A DNA stretch of 64,000 bases from contig JAZQXF010000038.1 in assembly GCA_045632725.1 (NCBI GenBank), forward strand, positions 10,179 through 74,178, read 5' to 3'. A program made the translations under genes and the position numbers. The DNA comes from Candidatus Nanosyncoccus sp. (GTDB taxonomy: Bacteria > Patescibacteriota > Saccharimonadia > Saccharimonadales > Saccharimonadaceae). The first letter of the stretch is position 1. Each line of letters starts with the position of its first letter. Positions 1 through 7,002 of the stretch are shown here, piece by piece. Under the pieces are notes generated by a model. That model was not told the DNA's origin, made no database searches, and worked only from the letters and a program-made list of their open reading frames with translations.

Positions 1-387
1 ACTATAAACCGTGTCATCTTCTTTAATGTTCATAATTTCGTAATAACCTATAGCCTCGAATAGCTTTTTGGCATCTTCTATATTTTTAACATCACAGCTA
101 ATTGCCCTCTGACTAATAATGTCGCCATTGTTAGCTATTTTTTTAATTTTATAAGTAATTTTTTGCGTAACGCTCTTTTCTCCTGTAATATATCTCAGAA
201 TAATTGCATTCGACAATATCTCTCTCGCAGTCATATTTTTAATATCAAAAGAACGCGGAATATAGTAATAATCATCCAACGAAAAGCTTTCTCTGAGTTC
301 AAATCCCCGATCCTCCAAGAAATTTAATAGCTCTTCCTTTGAACAGAGAACTTTTATAGTTACTTCGTTTTCTTCTTTTATAGACAT
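1..387 (-). CDS. CYTH-domain protein (CyaB-like class IV adenylyl cyclase / triphosphate tunnel family), C-terminus outside window
   Basis: Hand-translated open frame from ATG 387-385 to the window edge (129 codons, no stop): MSIKEENEVTIKVLCSKEELLNFLEDRGFEL...ILRYITGEKSVTQKITYKIKK...FEAIGYYEIMN. The pattern ExxIK / D.YY / LRxR / TYK / iGy fits the CYTH fold. Absent from the ORF track because it is truncated. Confidence 0.5.
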   Translation of the reverse strand, partial: MSIKEENEVTIKVLCSKEELLNFLEDRGFELRESFSLDDYYYIPRSFDIKNMTAREILSNAIILRYITGEKSVTQKITYKIKKIANNGDIISQRAISCDVKNIEDAKKLFEAIGYYEIMNIKEDDTVYS

Positions 388-409
388 TCTACTCCTAGCT
401 ATTCTATGT

Positions 410-450
410 CCTATATTATATGATAACATAACTATACCTACAACAGTAAT
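410..450 (+). repeat. P'' : degenerate third copy of the ychF promoter region
   Basis: cctatattata..ataactatacctacaacag is comparable to ccttatattata...ataattatatccacaataacag at 2653-2698, with an internal deletion. Weaker than P'. Confidence 0.45.
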
Positions 451-545
451 CTTGATTTTCTAAACCAACCAATGACTCCACATATACCTTTCTCTGTTGC
501 AGTTCAACTTCCAAAACCAAAATGGAAGAACATGAACATTCCTTT
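451..545. repeat. X module copy 1
   Basis: cttgattttctaaaccaacc is identical to 1062-1081. The next ~75 nt are ~65-70% similar (tccaaaaccaaaatggaagaacat versus tctcaaaaccaaactggaaatacat). Confidence 0.7.
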
Positions 546-554
546 GCGCTAATT

Positions 555-693
555 TGATATAATATAAATATCGAAGCACTCGCACGGCGCCGAAGGTACC
601 TACCGCGAGAGCTTCTTTTTTGCGTTATAATATATATCGAAAGTCCATCAGGCAACGCTGGACTAAAGTAGGTCGGGGCTTTCTTTTTTTATT
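555..693. repeat. R module copy 1 (~139 nt twin-hairpin punctuation module)
   Basis: Near-identical to 1636-1773. TGATATAAT, hairpin GAAGCACTCGC/GCGAGAGCTTC + T6, TTATAAT, second hairpin (AGTCCA/TGGACT inside GAAAG/CTTTC) + T7. Begins at the stop codon of the 696-956 gene. Confidence 0.85.
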
Positions 694-695
694 CA

Positions 696-956
696 CTAAG
701 CTTTCTTCCATCTTTTCAGAGTTGGAAAAATCTTAGTACAATACTCCCTCATTTGTTCATTAGTCATTCCAGCTTGCTCCCCAAATTGAGAGCATTTTTC
801 AATATATTCCTCCATTGAACATTTATCGATGAATTCGCCATCTTTATAGCACCATTTACAATAGTCAGTGTTTACGCTACCATCCTTTTCAGTGGCATAC
901 ATATCCTCTGAAGTTAGTGGCATTGCGCAACTTTGACAGATTTTAACATTATCCAT
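696..956 (-). CDS. small zinc-ribbon domain protein
   Basis: 86 aa with CxxC...CxxC (CQSCAMP...YCKWCYKDGEF), typical of the stand-alone putative zinc-ribbon family. SD-like gaagga upstream. Confidence 0.5.
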   Translation of the reverse strand: MDNVKICQSCAMPLTSEDMYATEKDGSVNTDYCKWCYKDGEFIDKCSMEEYIEKCSQFGEQAGMTNEQMREYCTKIFPTLKRWKKA

Positions 957-984
957 TTTAAATCCTTCTGTTATCTTGATTTAA

Positions 985-1058
985 ATTATACATCAAAATA
1001 TGTTATAATTATACCAATAATAACAGATACACAAGCTAGTTTTGAATTTAAAGATCGG
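985..1058 (+). repeat. P' : duplicated ychF promoter + first 18 nt of ychF (start codon decayed to TTG)
   Basis: attatacatCaaaatatgttataattata..aataacagata.cac...tTTGaatttaaagatcgg aligns with 2658-2732 (attatacatGaaaatatgttataattata...ATGaatttaaagatcgg) at roughly 80-85% identity by eye. Confidence 0.8.
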
Positions 1059-1061
1059 AGT

Positions 1062-1150
1062 CTTGATTTTCTAAACCAACCTATTTTTATATCCCGTTTA
1101 CTATCAAAATCCATCTCTCAAAACCAAACTGGAAATACATAAAAACAAAA
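1062..1150. repeat. X module copy 2
   Basis: See 451-545. Lies directly after the duplicated ychF promoter/start fragment. Confidence 0.7.
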
Positions 1151-1186
1151 AGATAGGACTCATCTATTCCGAGACAAGTCCTATCT
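1141..1186 (-). terminator. intrinsic terminator of the PD-(D/E)XK gene
   Basis: Stem AGATAGGACT/AGTCCTATCT followed by a T-run on the minus strand. Confidence 0.8.
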
Positions 1187-1208
1187 TAATAACTCTATTA
1201 TATCAAAA

Positions 1209-1631
1209 CTACTTCTTAAAATCAACTATTTTCTTTGTTTTTGTAACAATCTTTAACCACTTTACCCCCTTAGATTTATAAAACTGCTTTTCCAATTCTT
1301 GTAAACATTTAGTCTGATGAATTTTAATTCTATCTAAATCAATAATTACATTAGATGATTGCCTCACAGCTTTCTGCAATGTATTCTCTAGAAGCCATCG
1401 GCCTTTCCCTCTGGGGCTTTTTAATTCCCATTTTAACCCTTCCATAATAATATCAGGAGTTCGAACACCCTTTTTATCGCTTTTCGGAATCAATTCAACA
1501 TCAATCCCCATTTCAGTAAACAACAAAATAGTCTTATATTCATGTTTTTCCAAAATCACACCATTGGGAATTATTCTACCTTTTTTCATTCCCGACATTA
1601 TATATAAACTATCGCTATTTTTCAACCCCAT
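1209..1631 (-). CDS. PD-(D/E)XK-fold nuclease-like protein (resembles stand-alone REase-fold toxin / CdiA-CT-like domains)
   Basis: 140 aa. Motif GVRTPDIIMEGLKWELKSP matches PD...(D/E)xK. Followed by an intrinsic terminator at 1141-1186. Confidence 0.4.
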   Translation of the reverse strand: MGLKNSDSLYIMSGMKKGRIIPNGVILEKHEYKTILLFTEMGIDVELIPKSDKKGVRTPDIIMEGLKWELKSPRGKGRWLLENTLQKAVRQSSNVIIDLDRIKIHQTKCLQELEKQFYKSKGVKWLKIVTKTKKIVDFKK

Positions 1632-1635
1632 ACCA

Positions 1636-1773
1636 TGATATAATACAGATATCGAAGCACTCGCACGGCGCCGAAAGTACCTATCGCGAGAGCTTCTTTT
1701 TTTGCGTTATAATATATATCGAAAGTCCATCAGGCAACGCTGGACTAAAGTAGGTCGGGGCTTTCTTTTTATT
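1636..1773. repeat. R module copy 2
   Basis: Only a few mismatches to 555-693 (e.g. gaaGgtacctaCcg versus gaaAgtacctaTcg). Fills the whole gap between the JAB-like and PD-(D/E)XK genes. Confidence 0.85.
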
Positions 1774-2650
1774 TAGGCATATTATCCCACTGATATTTCC
1801 GAATAATCTCTTCAATGCAATCATCATACAATTTATCATCCTCAGATTCATTTCTTTCTTTCACATAAGACGCTTCAGAGAGTATTTTTGGACTTTCAAA
1901 AGTATAAGCCGGAACCTTTTCTTCTCCGCTTTGTCCAACTGATATAACACTCGTAATCTTCTTAAAACGATTCTGAGTTTTATCAAAAACCATACAGTCG
2001 ACATCACCATTCTCTGGCAAAACTATATGACAATATTCAAATTCGCCCTCATCGCGCCTCCCACGGATCGCCTCTTCCTGCAAAGAAAAGCCAACTAAAT
2101 CTGGTAAAGAATAGTTGCCATAAGATTCTGAAGCATTAGGATGTGTATGCCCAAGACTGACTAATGGTTTCATCCCGGAAGCCTTCATCTTATCAATATG
2201 ACCATTAATCGCTTGCCAATAATAAGTTAAAAGCATATTAAAATCCGCCGCCGAATCATCCGCCTCTAAATCAGGATTTTCATCATAAAACTTTCTCTTA
2301 AATTCGTCATTAATATCGATATCGCTACCAATTGCATTAAATAAATAGTTCCCATCCTGCACCCAACCCAATACTAAAAAAGAATGTTCTTTTTTGGTTT
2401 CAGCAGTTTTTCCCGCTAATTCCATCATTTTCTTATACACAGCATCGCTCATCACCATTGTTTTTCTAGAATTATCGATGTTTTCATGAAAAATAGAGAT
2501 TCTTGAACCTCTGTCTGCATCATGATACATTTTTAAGTTCCCAAGAATCTGTTGATTGTTGTTACCAGTCATCAAAGATTCAATAGTAGATATTACCCGG
2601 TCACTTTTTAAAAGCTCGCCAGGAGCAGAAGATTGGTCTATTGTTTCCAT
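1769..2650 (-). CDS. JAB/MPN (JAMM)-like metalloprotease domain protein
   Basis: 293 aa. Has an upstream Glu (KKEHSFLVLGW) and LGHTHPNASESYGNYSLPD, an HxH...SxxD JAMM-like metal site with non-canonical spacing. Leaderless-type -10 (catgTATAATataaggtATG). Confidence 0.4.
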   Translation of the reverse strand: METIDQSSAPGELLKSDRVISTIESLMTGNNNQQILGNLKMYHDADRGSRISIFHENIDNSRKTMVMSDAVYKKMMELAGKTAETKKEHSFLVLGWVQDGNYLFNAIGSDIDINDEFKRKFYDENPDLEADDSAADFNMLLTYYWQAINGHIDKMKASGMKPLVSLGHTHPNASESYGNYSLPDLVGFSLQEEAIRGRRDEGEFEYCHIVLPENGDVDCMVFDKTQNRFKKITSVISVGQSGEEKVPAYTFESPKILSEASYVKERNESEDDKLYDDCIEEIIRKYQWDNMPK

Positions 2651-2715
2651 ACCTTATATTATACATGAAAATATGTTATAATTATATCCACAATAACAGA
2701 TATCACAGATTGGTT

Positions 2716-3810
2716 ATGAATTTAAAGATCGGCATCGTAGGCCTCCCAAACGTTGGAAAGTCTACGCTATTTAATGCATTAACAAACGCTGGCGCTCTTG
2801 CCGCCAACTATCCTTTTGCTACCATCGAGCCAAATGTTGGCATCGTACCAGTCCCAGATGAACGCTTGGAGGTCCTCGCCAAAATGTACGATACCGACAA
2901 AGTCGTTCCCGCCACAGTCGAATTTGTAGATATCGCCGGCCTCGTAGCTGGTGCGAGCAAAGGCGAAGGTCTCGGCAACAAATTCCTCGCCCATATTCGC
3001 GAATGCCAAGCTATTTGTCATGTTGTTCGCGCTTTTAAAAATAATGATATAGTTCGCGCCGACAATAAGGTAGAAGATGACATTATAGCTCAAGCCAAAG
3101 AAGATATCGACATCATCAATCTGGAGCTTCAGCTTGCCGATGAGGAAACCAAAGCCAAAATTGAAGCCAAACGTAAAAAAGACCCCAACGATGAAAACAT
3201 CCCGTTCTTAACCGACAAACCCGTAATTTATATGTTTAATGTAGATGAACATGGTCTGACCGACCAAGGTTTGCAAGAAAAACTCTGCGATTTAGTCAAT
3301 GCAAGCAACAATCAAAATCGGCAACGGGTGACGGTCGTGGAGGGGGACCCCCAAAATCGCCTTAGCGATTTTGGGGGAGGAGAACGACCGGCAGGACCCG
3401 TTGCCCATAATAATTGCATTTTTATCAATGCCAAGCTGGAAGAAGAAATGTCCGGCATGTCTCGCGAAGAACGTAAAGAGTTTCTAAAAAGCTACGGTAT
3501 AGAACACGATGCTTTAGAAGAACTCATCAAAGCCGCCTACGACACTTTAGGCTTACAATCTTTCCTCACCGCCGGCAAAAAAGAATGTCGCGCCTGGACT
3601 ATCAAGAAGGGCTCCACCGCCCCACAAGCGGCCGGCACTATACATACCGATTTCGAACGCGGATTTATTGCCGCCCAAATCTGCAATTACGATGATTTAA
3701 AGACACTCGGTTCCGAACAAGCCGTAAAAGCCGCCGGCAAACTCCGCACCGAAGGCAAAACCTACATTATGCAAGATGGCGATGTAGTAGAATTCCGCTT
3801 CAACGTATAA
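2716..3810 (+). CDS. ychF: ribosome-binding ATPase YchF, carrying an in-frame ~29-aa palindromic-element insertion
   Basis: MNLKIGIVGLPNVGKSTLFNALT (P-loop) plus a C-terminal TGS-like ...GKTYIMQDGDVVEFRFNV. The ORF-track start 2641 reads through the promoter, so the true start is ATG 2716. Confidence 0.9.
   Translation: MNLKIGIVGLPNVGKSTLFNALTNAGALAANYPFATIEPNVGIVPVPDERLEVLAKMYDTDKVVPATVEFVDIAGLVAGASKGEGLGNKFLAHIRECQAICHVVRAFKNNDIVRADNKVEDDIIAQAKEDIDIINLELQLADEETKAKIEAKRKKDPNDENIPFLTDKPVIYMFNVDEHGLTDQGLQEKLCDLVNASNNQNRQRVTVVEGDPQNRLSDFGGGERPAGPVAHNNCIFINAKLEEEMSGMSREERKEFLKSYGIEHDALEELIKAAYDTLGLQSFLTAGKKECRAWTIKKGSTAPQAAGTIHTDFERGFIAAQICNYDDLKTLGSEQAVKAAGKLRTEGKTYIMQDGDVVEFRFNV
3320..3405 (+). 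mobile_element. GC-rich palindromic element (short form) inside ychF
   Basis: GGCAACGGG-TGA-CGGTCGT...CCCCCAAAATCGC-CTTA-GCGATTTTGGGGG...ACGACCG-GCAGGA-CCCGTTGCC. GC-rich island in an AT-rich gene. The frame stays open. Confidence 0.8.
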
Positions 3811-3866
3811 AAACAAGAAAAAGCAAGGTCCAAGACCTTGCTATAAAACGCTTCATTTCTTACATT

Positions 3867-4214
3867 CTACATAAACAAGAATTTATGAGCATCGTAGAAT
3901 AGTTCCACGCTCATCTTAGGATCATTGCCCCATGCAAGTTGAGTTATAATAAAACCATCTCGCCCACTCGCTGAGCTTTTAACTATAGCGATGTCATCAA
4001 GCGACCGACCAACCTCTCTAAGCTGCTCGGCCATCTTTTTATCCACGATATAGTGAACAATCAGCCCATTCTCCATCTCTGGACTTTCTGGTAATACTCC
4101 TTTTATAGGAGCAAATTCACATATATCTCCAGTACAGACATCATAGACATAAATTTCCTGGTTGGTAATATTTATTAGCCAATCAGAAAGTCTAATGTTC
4201 GCATATCTATTCAT
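3867..4214 (-). CDS. hypothetical protein
   Basis: 115-aa ORF with SD-like ggggg upstream and a terminator downstream. No recognisable motif. Confidence 0.45.
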   Translation of the reverse strand: MNRYANIRLSDWLINITNQEIYVYDVCTGDICEFAPIKGVLPESPEMENGLIVHYIVDKKMAEQLREVGRSLDDIAIVKSSASGRDGFIITQLAWGNDPKMSVELFYDAHKFLFM

Positions 4215-4314
4215 CCAACTACCCCCTACCTAATATATAAAAGTACAATAATTTGAAGCGCCAATTTTTATTGTATCACATAATTGATATTTTGTCACGT
4301 TTTCCGTTTCTACC

Positions 4315-5268
4315 TTATAATATTTCAAACCAGTCCCTCACCACAAAATCTTCTCCACACACATCGGCTACCGCCAAAATCGGATTTAGTTTATTAAATT
4401 CCTTCCTAAATTTCAGAAATGATTCTGCCGCATAGCGCATCTGCCGCTGTTTCCTATTATCTACCGCCATTATCCCTCCACCGAAATCCGCATTTTTCCG
4501 ATATTTCACTTCCGTAAAGTAAATTTTATCCCCATACACCGATATTATATCTATCTCATAAAAATAAGTCTTGTGATTACGCGCTATAATCTCATGCCCA
4601 CACCTTACCAAATGTTCGCACACTGCATCCTCGCCACGATTCCCAATCTTTGTTGTATTTTTTACAACACTATCCTCTCGCGAGAAACCAGTTAGACTCT
4701 TGCATGGCTCAAAACTTCGCCGATGTTCCGGACAAATTCCAAATTCATTAATCGCCTTGCAATGTAATGCCGTTCCATATCCCACATGTTTATCAAATCC
4801 ATATTCGGGATATTTTAAAGCTATTTCATACATATACTTATCTCTTGCTACTTTCGCCACAATCGATGCGGCCGATACTTCCCTTATCATGCTATCTGCC
4901 TTTACCACCGTAGATACATAATTAGAAAGTGATGTATCAGCAAGAAAATTTACTTTTCCATCAATCACAATCTGCGAAAACTGCCTATGACAACCCTGCA
5001 CCATCTTTACTGCTCGCCGCGTTGCAAGCCTTAATGCTTCGGATATTCCTGCTTCATCTAACTCTACATTACTCACCCAACCTAGCCCCACCGTTGCTTC
5101 ATTTAAAATAATCTCACTTAATTTTTCACGCTTTTTTGCTGACAATTTCTTAGAATCCGCCAGCTCCCCAAACCACTCTTTTTCTTCATCCGGCAAAATT
5201 ACTGCACCCACAACAAGCGGCCCTGCTAAAGGGCCGCGACCAACTTCATCTATACCAAGTATTGCCAT
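4315..5268 (-). CDS. rnhB: ribonuclease HII fused to a YraN/UPF0102-type endonuclease domain
   Basis: N-terminus ILGIDEVGRGPLAGPLVVGAV... (RNase HII). C-terminal ~110 aa GEDAVCEHLVRCGHEIIARNHKTYFYEIDIIS...FTEVKYR matches YraN-like PD-(D/E)XK. Confidence 0.85.
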   Translation of the reverse strand: MAILGIDEVGRGPLAGPLVVGAVILPDEEKEWFGELADSKKLSAKKREKLSEIILNEATVGLGWVSNVELDEAGISEALRLATRRAVKMVQGCHRQFSQIVIDGKVNFLADTSLSNYVSTVVKADSMIREVSAASIVAKVARDKYMYEIALKYPEYGFDKHVGYGTALHCKAINEFGICPEHRRSFEPCKSLTGFSREDSVVKNTTKIGNRGEDAVCEHLVRCGHEIIARNHKTYFYEIDIISVYGDKIYFTEVKYRKNADFGGGIMAVDNRKQRQMRYAAESFLKFRKEFNKLNPILAVADVCGEDFVVRDWFEIL

Positions 5269-5742
5269 CTAGGCTTCAATTTTTTCTTCTGCCTTCTCAG
5301 CCTCAGCAGTTTCGGTCTTTACTTCTTCCGGAGCCTCTACTACCTCTATTTCTGGCTCTTCCACTGTCGTATCGTTTACCGCTAAACGATCAAAATCTTT
5401 TCCACGCAACCTTGCCGACTTACCAGAACGATCCCGCAAATAAGAAAGGTTGTTTCGGCGCACCTTAGAACGCTTAGTAATCTCAATCTTTTCTACTAAC
5501 GGCGAGTGAATCAAATAAGATTTCTCCACTCCTACACCAGAAGTCACCTTGCGAACCACAATCCTTGCTGTATGTGACTCTTTACGATCCACCCGAATAA
5601 CCACACCTTCAAAAGTCTGCAAGCGGAATTTACTGCCTTCCTTAATCTTCTGGGTAACTTTTACGGTATCACCAGATCGAACATCTACCACTGCTTTCTT
5701 CTTTTGTGCATCACCAATTTGCTTTAAAATTGAAAAACTCAT
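5269..5742 (-). CDS. rplS: 50S ribosomal protein L19 with acidic C-terminal extension
   Basis: GDTVKVTQKIKEGSKFRLQTFEGVVIRV...VRKVTSGVGVEKSYLIHSPLVEKIEI is the L19 signature. Confidence 0.9.
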   Translation of the reverse strand: MSFSILKQIGDAQKKKAVVDVRSGDTVKVTQKIKEGSKFRLQTFEGVVIRVDRKESHTARIVVRKVTSGVGVEKSYLIHSPLVEKIEITKRSKVRRNNLSYLRDRSGKSARLRGKDFDRLAVNDTTVEEPEIEVVEAPEEVKTETAEAEKAEEKIEA

Positions 5743-5841
5743 ATTTTACCTTTTATATTAGACAATTACCCATTATTCTACCATACTTGTTTTACTTTTT
5801 CAAGGGTTTTCACTAAACAATACCCCGAATAGCCTTTAATT

Positions 5842-6417
5842 CTAACCTTTAAGCGCCAAACGCACTCGCTCTTCCACCGACAAAGAAGAATCTACTTTTT
5901 CTAACGCCGCCATGGCCTCCTTCAGCGGAAACCCTAGCGCAATCAAAGCATCAAGCGCCTCATCGTTTACGGTCGCAGCCGCAGCAAATTTCACCTCCGT
6001 TGCACCATAGTGACTTGGTATGCCGACTTTATCACTCAAGTTTACTATTACTCTCTCGGCACTTTTCTTGCCCACACCGGAAGCCTTAGAAATAAAAGCT
6101 ACATCGGCATTGGCTATTGCATTGCGTACTTCTTCAGCTTCCGCGAGTGACAATATTGCAATTGCCGCTTTTGGCCCCACCCCTTGTACACCAATCAAAA
6201 GTTCAAAAATCTTCTTCGCTGCTAAGCTCAAGAACCCATATAATTCTTCCGCATTTTCTCGTACCTGATGATAAGTGTAAAATTTATGCTCTTCTCCTAA
6301 ATTCACTGCTTCAAAATCCGATGTTGGCACCATTGCTTCATACCCAACTCCATTCACATCAATAATTAATGTATTATCAAATTTTTCTTCAATCTTACCC
6401 CTTAAATGAGCTATCAT
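5842..6417 (-). CDS. ruvA: Holliday junction branch migration protein RuvA
   Basis: MIAHLRGKIEEKFDNTLIIDVNGVGYEAMVP plus HhH repeats (GVGPKAAIAILS, ASGVGKKSAERV). Confidence 0.9.
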   Translation of the reverse strand: MIAHLRGKIEEKFDNTLIIDVNGVGYEAMVPTSDFEAVNLGEEHKFYTYHQVRENAEELYGFLSLAAKKIFELLIGVQGVGPKAAIAILSLAEAEEVRNAIANADVAFISKASGVGKKSAERVIVNLSDKVGIPSHYGATEVKFAAAATVNDEALDALIALGFPLKEAMAALEKVDSSLSVEERVRLALKG

Positions 6418-6938
6418 TTCTGCCTCCTACTATTTGAGAATTTATCAACCTCTATTATATCATCTTCACGATAGAGCAAGCTACAAGTCACTGCTGCGGC
6501 CAATGCATCCGCCGCATCATCCGGCTTCGGCTTTTCTTTTAGTCCCAAATGCACTCTTGCCATTTCCTCCATTTGAGTTTTTGTTGCCGCTCCATAGCCG
6601 GTGAGGGCCTGCTTTATAGCATTTGGAGTATACTCCCTAATTTCCGCTCCACTTTGTCTTGCCGCCAACAAAATTACTCCACGCGCCTCTGCCACTGCTA
6701 TGCCTGTCGTAATATTTTTTGAAAAAAACAATTTTTCCACTGCTACCACATCTGGCTTGGTTTGCTCAAATACTATCTTTAAAGATTCATAGAGCTCCTT
6801 TAACCTCTCTGGCATCGGCGCATCCACCATCGTAGTTACCGCACCATAGTCCAACGCTCTAGCTTCCGCCCGGCTAGAAGTTTCAATCAAACCAAACCCA
6901 CAAATCCCAATCCCCGGATCAATTCCTAAAATACGCAT
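6414..6938 (-). CDS. ruvC: crossover junction endodeoxyribonuclease RuvC
   Basis: MRILGIDPGIGICGFGLIE... Start moved to the Met preceded by TGTATAAT-N6. Overlaps ruvA by 4 nt. Confidence 0.9.
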   Translation of the reverse strand: MRILGIDPGIGICGFGLIETSSRAEARALDYGAVTTMVDAPMPERLKELYESLKIVFEQTKPDVVAVEKLFFSKNITTGIAVAEARGVILLAARQSGAEIREYTPNAIKQALTGYGAATKTQMEEMARVHLGLKEKPKPDDAADALAAAVTCSLLYREDDIIEVDKFSNSRRQK

Positions 6939-7002
6939 AAATATATTATACAACCCATCATTAGTCTTTAATTACCCTTAAAAGAGTATTTATCCAATTT
7001 TG

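Noticed and set aside
416-655. 79-aa minus-strand ORF from the track
   Set aside because: It lies entirely within the non-coding X1 and R1 repeat modules and reads through hairpin and T-run sequence. It has no start signals.
933-1142. 69-aa plus-strand ORF from the track
   Set aside because: It spans the duplicated ychF promoter fragment (P') and the X2 module. It is a by-product of AT-rich repeat sequence.
2641-2715. N-terminal extension of ychF in the ORF track (similar extensions at tsaE 14051, tpiA 37670, pilB 59683, thyX 59864, truB 22583 and ruvC 6953)
   Set aside because: Most of the extensions translate the TGTTATAAT promoter box (CYN) and the upstream spacer. Conserved N-terminal motifs begin at the internal Met that sits 6-8 nt after the -10 box or after an SD.
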